Assembly (NCBI GenBank): GCA_046704725.1
Contig: JBJKRI010000008.1
Coordinates: 67,711-131,710, forward strand
DNA from: Candidatus Woesearchaeota archaeon
Lineage (GTDB): Archaea; Nanobdellota; Nanobdellia; Woesearchaeales; SKIA01
Reading direction: 5' to 3'
Length of the DNA: 64,000 nucleotides
Made by a program: the position numbers and the translations under genes. This document shows, piece after piece, positions 57,564-64,000 of this stretch (position 1 is its first letter; every line of letters begins with the position of its first letter). The notes under the pieces were generated by a model. That model was not told the DNA's origin, searched no databases, and saw only the letters and a program-made list of their open reading frames with translations.

Positions 57564-57669
57564 TCATTGTTTTCAAGCGGACGGTCTGATATTGGTATTG
57601 TCCGTACTGCATATACTTGCTATTCTGGATACCAATACGCCCATAAAGCAGCAGTATCTCCGCTCCTCC

Positions 57670-58275
57670 ATGACGTTCGACGAGAGGAAAGAGCGCGTGC
57701 TCGAGGCGATGCGCGAGAACGACCGCAGCAAGAAGGGCTCTGTGGACAAGAGCGTGATGCCGCTTCTCGACGCGATCAACGCGCTGCCGGACTATTACAC
57801 GACCTCGAGCTGCGGGGGGCGCATACTGCTCCTGGACGAGCCCGCGTCGGGCAAGAAGAACGCCTATGGCTGGCCATTGGTCACGCACGAGGAGGCGGAC
57901 GCCAAGGAGTTCGTGAAGGCGCTGCACGAGCTCACAGGAGATACGGTGTGGCTGCGGATGCAGACAGTGATCGTGCATGTCGCGTGCAAGGACCTGGAAG
58001 CGGCCGAACAGCTCTTGGAAGCCTTCTACAGCCACGGCTGGAAGCGCAGCGGCATCTTCTCCTTGCGAAACGATGTGATGGTGGAATTATTGAGCGTGGA
58101 AGGGATGGACGCGCCCGTCGTCGTCGAGGGGGAGCGCGTGGTGGACGACGACTACGTCCGCGCGTTTGTCCGAATAGCGAACGGGAAGCTGGCGACGGCG
58201 CACGAGAAGATTGCGTCGGCCGTGGAGCGCGTGGAAAAGCTGGCAAAAAACAGCGCCAGGAAGGAAAGCCTTTAA
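57670..58275 (+). CDS. taw3: tRNA wyosine-pathway methyltransferase Taw3/TYW3
   Basis: DRSKKGSVD, YYTTSSCGGRI, VTH, IVHVAC, GWKRSG. Confidence 0.93.
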   Translation: MTFDERKERVLEAMRENDRSKKGSVDKSVMPLLDAINALPDYYTTSSCGGRILLLDEPASGKKNAYGWPLVTHEEADAKEFVKALHELTGDTVWLRMQTVIVHVACKDLEAAEQLLEAFYSHGWKRSGIFSLRNDVMVELLSVEGMDAPVVVEGERVVDDDYVRAFVRIANGKLATAHEKIASAVERVEKLAKNSARKESL

Positions 58276-58299
58276 ATCCAGATGCCTCCCGGTACGGGC

Positions 58300-59214
58300 A
58301 TGGGCATCCGCATCTCCTTTTACGATCCAGACAAGAAACGGCGCAAGCACAAGAACTCGGGCTTCACCATGGATTGGATCTCCGAGCTGGGCTGGAAGAA
58401 GGACCCCTTCGCGAACGCGCCGCTCGCCGACTTCGAGGACGAACGGCAAGAGGTCAACCTCTTCTTCATCAAGAAGCGACGCTTCGGCGTCATCCAGGCC
58501 GCGCACGGCATGGGGAAGACCACATTCCTCAAATGGCTGGCCAAAGAGCTCGAGGATTACGACAATATCGACCCGCACTACATCTCGCTCGCCGACAACC
58601 CCTCGGACGAAGGCTTCCGATCGATGCTCGCGGACGCGTATCGCGGCGTGTTCGGGCGCGGAAAGCACATCAGCACGACAGAGCTCACCGAGCTCGTGAC
58701 CGACAAGGCGAAAGGGCGCTACGTGTTGCTCGTCGACGAGGGACAGAACCTCACGGAAGGGCAGGTGCAGACGATCGGGGCATTGTGCGACACGGACGCC
58801 GCGGTCATCATCACGACGGACCGGACGGTGAAGAACACGCCCAAGGACGAGCTCAAGCTCGCGCTGAAGAAACGCACCTCCGAGCAGTACGAGAAGATCA
58901 TGTCCGAGCGCATCGCCGATGCCGGCGGGGAGGGCTTGTCGCCGTTCACCTCGAAAGTGGTCGACCGGATGGGAAAGGACACGGAGACCACGCGGGAGTT
59001 CCTCGACGTGGCCCGTGAGACGGCCATCAACATCGCGCTCAAACGCGTGAGCCTCGATGACGCCAAGGTCGATCCCGAATCACTGGCGGACGCCGAGGAG
59101 GAGAAGGTCGAGCGCAAGAAGGGCAAGAAAGTGCCTGACGAGCCGAAGAAGGACGAAGAGAAGAAGCGTACCTACGACGAGCTCATCGAATCACTCAGCA
59201 AGGACCTGGATTAG
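58300..59214 (+). CDS. ExeA-like P-loop ATPase
   Basis: LGWKKDPF, AAHGMGKTT, LLVDEGQNL; start may be 58300 or 58369. Confidence 0.8.
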   Translation: MGIRISFYDPDKKRRKHKNSGFTMDWISELGWKKDPFANAPLADFEDERQEVNLFFIKKRRFGVIQAAHGMGKTTFLKWLAKELEDYDNIDPHYISLADNPSDEGFRSMLADAYRGVFGRGKHISTTELTELVTDKAKGRYVLLVDEGQNLTEGQVQTIGALCDTDAAVIITTDRTVKNTPKDELKLALKKRTSEQYEKIMSERIADAGGEGLSPFTSKVVDRMGKDTETTREFLDVARETAINIALKRVSLDDAKVDPESLADAEEEKVERKKGKKVPDEPKKDEEKKRTYDELIESLSKDLD

Positions 59215-59804
59215 TTCTTCCGCTTGGCGAAGTTGAACATCTCGTTCAAGTCCACCTTCTCCTGCTGCGGTTTCTTCGGAGAAGGCTGTGATTGGATCTC
59301 CTTGGCGCCCGTGGCGAGGGGCTCGCGCTCCTCCGGGGCGGGAGGCGTGGGCGCTGGTTGTGGTGCTGGAGCGGCTTGCGGCACGGGTTCTGGTGTGGGT
59401 GTTGGTTCCGGTTTGGGAGTGGGTGCTGGTTGGGGTGCCGGCTGCGGCGCGGGCTCTGGCGTCGGTTGCGGAGCCGCCTGCTTCGGCTCTGTGGTGGGTA
59501 TGGGAGTGGGTTCTGGGGCTTTCTCAGCGACGAGATCGGAGATCGGCGTGTTCGCGTCCGCGCCCTCGACGTTGATTCTCTGCGCGTGCTGCTCCACGCG
59601 TTGTATTGCGGCGTTGACGACGCGCTGCTGGGGATTGACGTCAGGGTCGAAGCGCTTTCGCTCGTGGTCGGCGAGCTGCTTTCGCTCGGTGCGCACGATG
59701 TCGGCTGCCATCTCGCGGGCGCGGGTCTCCGAGGCGGCGATGCCTTGCGCCTTGAGCGTTGCTGCGAGCTGCTTGACTCTCTCTTCGAACTGACGGTCGT
59801 CCAT
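59211..59804 (-). CDS. hypothetical protein with Pro-rich linker
   Basis: Helical N-terminus LKAQGIAASETRAREMA; (PA/PE/PT/PQ)n linker; C-terminal KVDLNEMFNF. Confidence 0.75.
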   Translation of the reverse strand: MDDRQFEERVKQLAATLKAQGIAASETRAREMAADIVRTERKQLADHERKRFDPDVNPQQRVVNAAIQRVEQHAQRINVEGADANTPISDLVAEKAPEPTPIPTTEPKQAAPQPTPEPAPQPAPQPAPTPKPEPTPTPEPVPQAAPAPQPAPTPPAPEEREPLATGAKEIQSQPSPKKPQQEKVDLNEMFNFAKRKN

Positions 59805-59832
59805 AATCTGTATACCAGGGTACTCTGCCTTT

Positions 59833-60315
59833 TTAATTGTTACGTAGCAAGAGCAGGGTATCGTGGGGGTCGTCGAGAGTCTTGACGGTCGTGAACCTCG
59901 CTTTGAGGGCCTGTACGATGGCATCATGCTGCGGAGCCTTCTTGAGCACGCCGACGATAAGCAGGTTGCGGGCGATACGCGCGAGCTCCTTGATGCCCTT
60001 TCCCCAATCGTCGTAGTTGTGGAGGGCGGTGAGGGAGAGCACGAGATCCTGGGAGGCATCGGGAAGGGGTATGTCCTCGCCCTTCGCGCAGATGACCTTC
60101 ACACCGTCCGGGGCCTGTTCGAGCAAGGGCCGGGACGGGTCGATACCTATGTATGACTGTTGCGCGAAATACGGGGCGAGGTGCGCGGTGCCGCAGCCGA
60201 TGTCCGCGACGGCCATGCCCGGCTTCAAGTCGACGAAATGAAGGATGCTATCGAGCTTGCCGCGCTGCTCGGCGCCGTGCAATGCGTTGTAGGAAGGAGC
60301 GATATCGTCGTACAT
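59833..60315 (-). CDS. class I SAM-dependent methyltransferase
   Basis: ADIGCGT, GIDPS, EDIPLPDASQDLV. Confidence 0.9.
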   Translation of the reverse strand: MYDDIAPSYNALHGAEQRGKLDSILHFVDLKPGMAVADIGCGTAHLAPYFAQQSYIGIDPSRPLLEQAPDGVKVICAKGEDIPLPDASQDLVLSLTALHNYDDWGKGIKELARIARNLLIVGVLKKAPQHDAIVQALKARFTTVKTLDDPHDTLLLLRNN

Positions 60316-60944
60316 CAGGACACCTCGTTCGTCGACAAGAACCGCGCTTTCGCGAGCCTCGTGGGCACGAGCTGCGGGACCATCCGGAAGGAGACGTCCT
60401 GGCGCTCCAGGAAAGCGGAGAACCCTTCGGTCTTCGCTGCGGGGACCATGAATGTGTTTCCCGCGACACGGACGCCGTCGACGAGTTGCAGCATGCCCTC
60501 AGCGCCCCTGCCATTCAACGCGTAGTAGAATTTCGTGCGTCCCGTGTTCGAGAGCGCGCTCGTGTCCGTGAGGAACAGCCCCATGCCCTCATAGCCGAAA
60601 CGATGCGCGAGCGGTTCTCCGTTGATGAGGCTGATGCCCTCGAACAGGATGCTGTCGCGAGCGGTGAACGACGGTTCGAGCGATTGCGCGATCGTCTTTC
60701 CCAAAGGGGCGATGGGGATGTCCGGAAGCGCGTGACGCAGCTCCTGCGCCGCCGCGGGATCCACCTTATCCTTGAAGAGGATCAAGACGTCGATGTCGTG
60801 CGGGTGGTCGCTCCCGCGCGCTGCCGAGCCGAACAAGATGATGTCGTAGAGCGCGTAGCGCTGCTCCAGTCGCTTGGCGGCCTTACGCAAGCTCTCTTTC
60901 AGCGAGTCGCTTGACTGTCTTTCTGATCCGTTCGCAGGTTTCAT
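60315..60944 (-). CDS. MNT nucleotidyltransferase with extra C-terminal alpha/beta domain
   Basis: ILFGSAARG..PHDIDVL; C-terminal KFYYALNGR..FMVP; exact start uncertain. Confidence 0.8.
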   Translation of the reverse strand: MKPANGSERQSSDSLKESLRKAAKRLEQRYALYDIILFGSAARGSDHPHDIDVLILFKDKVDPAAAQELRHALPDIPIAPLGKTIAQSLEPSFTARDSILFEGISLINGEPLAHRFGYEGMGLFLTDTSALSNTGRTKFYYALNGRGAEGMLQLVDGVRVAGNTFMVPAAKTEGFSAFLERQDVSFRMVPQLVPTRLAKARFLSTNEVS

Positions 60945-61203
60945 GGTCGATTGTGCGGGCGTACGTGTCGCGGTAGGTGTCGAATTCCTTATCGAGGGCC
61001 GTGTAGTCGTCCGGGAAGCGTTTCTCGAGCATGCGGAACCGTTCGCCGTGGTCTTTCGGGGCGCGTCCTTCCTTTTCGAGGCACAGCATGTCGAGGAGCG
61101 CGAACCAGGTCTTGAAGTACAAGATGGTCGCGCTGGTGTAGTCCTCCTTCTCGTACAGTGTCTCCGCAGAGGAGAGGAACATTCGCACCTGTGCGGCATC
61201 CAT
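60883..61203 (-). CDS. HEPN-like helical protein (putative toxin partner)
   Basis: FLSSAETLYEKEDY..LYFK..PKDHGERF; directly upstream of and overlapping the MNT gene. Confidence 0.7.
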   Translation of the reverse strand: MDAAQVRMFLSSAETLYEKEDYTSATILYFKTWFALLDMLCLEKEGRAPKDHGERFRMLEKRFPDDYTALDKEFDTYRDTYARTIDHETCERIRKTVKRLAERELA

Positions 61204-61299
61204 GTTATCCAGTATAACACTGGGGGTTTATATCATTTTCGCCGTTATATGGTATAAACTCTTGCTCTTCTGCACATCCAGTTGTTAGATAATATAACA
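61203..61299. promoter_or_regulatory. three TGTTAT-N5-ATAACA palindromes at 40-bp period
   Basis: 61203-61219 (12/12), 61243-61259 (9/12), 61283-61299 (11/12). Confidence 0.7.
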
Positions 61300-61313
61300 A
61301 AAAAGGAAAGGAA

Positions 61314-61736
61314 TCACTTCTTGCGTGGCTTGCCATGCATATCGGTGCGCGGCCAGTCGCACGACCACTTGCCGCCGCCCGTGAACATCAACGCGAGCAC
61401 GGAGAACAGCAAGAGGACGGTGAAGCGTCCCGAGTTCCAACCGTGCGGCAGCGTGACCGTCAACGACGCGACGAGCATATCGATGGCCAACGGGATGGCC
61501 GCGTAGCGGACCCACCAACCGATGATGAGCATCGCGCCGGCCACGATCTCGACTGCCCCCACGAAATAACCGAGCGGGACTGCCATAGAGCCGGCCCACG
61601 GCGTCATCATCGTGAAGAAGTGGGCCTGGCCGAAGAACACCTTCTGTATCCCCGAGACGAGGAAGATGGCGCCAACGAGCACGCGGATCAGCAATGGCCC
61701 CCACGCACGGTACTTTTCCAATCTATGCAAACACAT
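61314..61736 (-). CDS. DoxX family membrane protein
   Basis: LLIRVLVGAIFLVSGIQK, EIVAG, GGGKWSCD. Confidence 0.88.
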   Translation of the reverse strand: MCLHRLEKYRAWGPLLIRVLVGAIFLVSGIQKVFFGQAHFFTMMTPWAGSMAVPLGYFVGAVEIVAGAMLIIGWWVRYAAIPLAIDMLVASLTVTLPHGWNSGRFTVLLLFSVLALMFTGGGKWSCDWPRTDMHGKPRKK

Positions 61737-61796
61737 TTCTCTATCACCCCAATGGTGTTGGACTGCAGCGCGGACGCTGCTTAATATACTCTATGC

Positions 61797-62771
61797 TCAA
61801 TATCTGATCGACTGCCAGTAATAGTAGAGCTTCCTGACCCATTCGCCGATGATGCCGTGGAACCAGAGATGCGGGGTGTAGACGGCGCCGACAGGACCGA
61901 GGCTGAGCATACGGCCCTTCTCCTTATACTTGAAGGTGAGAAGCGGCTTTCGCTTGAGCATGTGGCGGACGTTCCTCACGACGAGATCCGCCTCCTGCTG
62001 GGCGGCCTGGGCGGTCATGGGATTGCCCGACTGGGCGCAATCGCCGGCGGCGAAGACGTTCTTTGTCCCTTTGACGAGCAGGTGCTTATCGACGAGGATG
62101 CCCTTGTCCTTGGGCAGGCCGTCGAGGGTGCGGCTGTGCATGCCGCCGGCCCAGATGCACACGTCGAAGGGCACGCTGTCTTTTTCCGTGTGGACAGTGT
62201 CTTTCTCTATCTTGGTCGCTCGAACGCTTGTCCTGACGCGCACACCCTCGAGCTTGAGACGGGACAACGCGTAGTCACGCACGCGGTCGGGGACCGCGGG
62301 CAATATCTGTTGGGACGCTTGGAGGATGGTCGTGGACTTGGCGTGGCGGGCGACCTCGCAGGCCACCTCGACGCCGACAGCGCCGCCGCCGACTATCACG
62401 ATATCCCTTGTCGGAAGGCGTTCGGTGAGCTCTTTTGCGTCTTTCGCCGTGTAGAAGGGAATGCAGTGCTCTTTCGCGCCCGCGACGGGGAGATACGGTT
62501 CTGCGCCGATGGCGACGACGAGCACATCATAGTACAAGGTGCGGTCCTCGAGGACGACCGCGTGCTGCTCCGTGTCTACACGCTTGACCGTGCCGACGAC
62601 GACGTTGGGCAACGAGAGGGGCTTGGTGCAGAAACGCCCTCCCTCGTTGATCATGTCGGGGACCTGCGGGGTGAAGGTGAAATATGACTGTTTGGCCACG
62701 AGCGTGGCGTCAAGGCGTTTAGCGATGCGCAGGCCGGCGATGCCGCCCCCGATGACGATGATACGAGCCAT
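61797..62771 (-). CDS. NDH-2-like FAD-dependent pyridine nucleotide oxidoreductase
   Basis: Two Rossmann motifs GGGIAG and GGGAVGVE; FAAGDCA, TAQAAQQE, KGRMLSLG. Confidence 0.9.
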   Translation of the reverse strand: MARIIVIGGGIAGLRIAKRLDATLVAKQSYFTFTPQVPDMINEGGRFCTKPLSLPNVVVGTVKRVDTEQHAVVLEDRTLYYDVLVVAIGAEPYLPVAGAKEHCIPFYTAKDAKELTERLPTRDIVIVGGGAVGVEVACEVARHAKSTTILQASQQILPAVPDRVRDYALSRLKLEGVRVRTSVRATKIEKDTVHTEKDSVPFDVCIWAGGMHSRTLDGLPKDKGILVDKHLLVKGTKNVFAAGDCAQSGNPMTAQAAQQEADLVVRNVRHMLKRKPLLTFKYKEKGRMLSLGPVGAVYTPHLWFHGIIGEWVRKLYYYWQSIRY

Positions 62772-62905
62772 ACACTGCGCGGTGGGAAAGCCGCTTAAAA
62801 AGGATGTGCAACAAAGCCCTAGAGGATTGGTCCTGGCATCCCTCCTGCGGCGTCGTTACAGCGCACACGCAACCTATATAAACAGTCTACAGTAGCATCC
62901 GAGGG

Positions 62906-63589
62906 ATGGGCGAGCACACCGCATTGTGGATATTCGTGTTCTTGCTTGTCGTCGTCATCGTCGGGAGCCTGTACCTCCTGCAGGGCCGCTCGATCGGTCA
63001 AGCGGCATCGAACACTATTCCCGAATCGAGCAGCTGCGCGAACGGATATCGACAGCAGTGCGTGACCCCGCAGGGGTTCATCGGCTATCATCTCTGCTTG
63101 AACAACGCATACACGAACCAGTGCTACATCGGCACGCTCGACGACTGCAAGCTCACGCCGAGCATGACCTCCGCCTTCTGCTGCAAGGCCCCAGGACAGA
63201 ACGTGAGCGACTGCACCGGACGGACGACGTTCCCCGCCGGCGAATACCTCCTCATCAAATGGAACCTGCAGCGAATCGTGCAGACGCGCCTGCCCACGAT
63301 GCAGACGTACGTGGCGTGCATCGACACCACGCTCGATCAATCCAACACGTATGACCCGTCGCACTATACGGAAGCAGCGACGACGGGAGGGACCTGGACA
63401 TGCTCGAAGACACTGTCTACCGCGGACTACCACATCGGCGCGGTGCAAGGACGGATTGCTTCAGGCGACAGCAACCCTGCGACGCTCTACATCTTCCCCG
63501 CAGGCACGAGCGTGCCCGACAAGGCGACGCTCGACAAGCTCGAGCCCTCGGCGCTTTTGACCGTCCCCTGGGCGGTGCGTGCGACATGA
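62906..63589 (+). CDS. membrane-anchored Cys-rich exported protein
   Basis: N-terminal TM followed by SIGQA; multiple Cys; TATATAAA upstream. Confidence 0.75.
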   Translation: MGEHTALWIFVFLLVVVIVGSLYLLQGRSIGQAASNTIPESSSCANGYRQQCVTPQGFIGYHLCLNNAYTNQCYIGTLDDCKLTPSMTSAFCCKAPGQNVSDCTGRTTFPAGEYLLIKWNLQRIVQTRLPTMQTYVACIDTTLDQSNTYDPSHYTEAATTGGTWTCSKTLSTADYHIGAVQGRIASGDSNPATLYIFPAGTSVPDKATLDKLEPSALLTVPWAVRAT

Positions 63590-64000
63590 AGACTGCGCTC
63601 TTGTTGCTCATCATCGCCGCTGTCATCGTCCTGAGTGTCCGGATGGTCGTAGCACCGCCGGCCATGGACGGCGGCTCAGGAACAGGGTATTGCGGCGATT
63701 ATATTCCACAGTGTCCGAACAACGCGAGCGTCTGCGAGCAGTGCGACGCTGGCGTGAACAATGGCCTTGCGTGCTCTCCCGCGTACGGAAGCTCCTGCGT
63801 GTACTGCAGCAACTCCTGCCAGAACGTGACGGTGCAAGGCGGCTATTGCGGTGATAACATCGTCAACGGGAACGAACAATGCGACGCCGGCTCGAACAAC
63901 GGCGTGGCGTGCACGCCGAGCTACGGCGGGTCATGCACGTACTGCACGACATCCTGCACCAACGCGACCGTACAAGGCTCTTACTGCGGCGACGGTGTGT
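63586..64000 (+). CDS. secreted Cys-rich repeat protein (Myxococcus Cys-rich/DUF4215-like), runs off the window
   Basis: ATGA-coupled MKTALLLLIIAAV...; repeated YCGD...EQCDAG.NNG.AC.P.YG.SC.YC..SC.N.TVQG. Confidence 0.85.
   Translation, partial: MKTALLLLIIAAVIVLSVRMVVAPPAMDGGSGTGYCGDYIPQCPNNASVCEQCDAGVNNGLACSPAYGSSCVYCSNSCQNVTVQGGYCGDNIVNGNEQCDAGSNNGVACTPSYGGSCTYCTTSCTNATVQGSYCGDGV

Noticed and set aside
57382-58035. 217-aa minus-strand ORF in the track
   Set aside because: Mostly antisense to taw3; a different frame gives the coherent 54-aa membrane peptide
59330-59525. GT-rich repetitive DNA as a non-coding repeat
   Set aside because: It is the reverse complement of Pro-rich linker codons in the 59211..59804 gene
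61203-61299. CRISPR array
   Set aside because: Only three degenerate 17-bp units with variable centres and no cas1 or other cas genes; treated as an operator array

Overview
High-GC, gene-dense archaeal chromosome segment. The marker genes (Rpo7, Spt4, TFS, S24e, S27ae, NMD3, class I CCA enzyme, Taw3, Sec11), TATA-like boxes about 25-30 nt before start codons and the compact gene content suggest a DPANN archaeon, probably Woesearchaeota (inference). The window holds housekeeping genes, one tRNA-Gly(CCC), a ~11.5 kb cluster of secreted, membrane-anchored, sequon-rich Ig-like proteins, a glycogen cluster (GT4, GH57, two DUF5752-like proteins, GT3, debranching enzyme), ion transporters and MNT/HEPN modules. 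No CRISPR array, rRNA, transposase or integrase was seen. Best leads: (1) a probable programmed +1 frameshift (GGG-TAA-C) fusing an AAA+ gene to a VWA gene through an acidic linker that has no start codon; (2) a divergent diadenylate-cyclase-fold gene facing a metallophosphoesterase across a palindrome; (3) an MltD-like peptidoglycan lytic transglycosylase in an archaeon; (4) two DUF5752-like paralogs in the glycogen operon, one with a histone-H1-like tail and one with a membrane anchor; (5) three palindromes at exact 40-bp spacing upstream of a HEPN-MNT pair; (6) unannotated microproteins and hairpin RNA candidates. All family calls come from motif recognition by eye; no searches were run.
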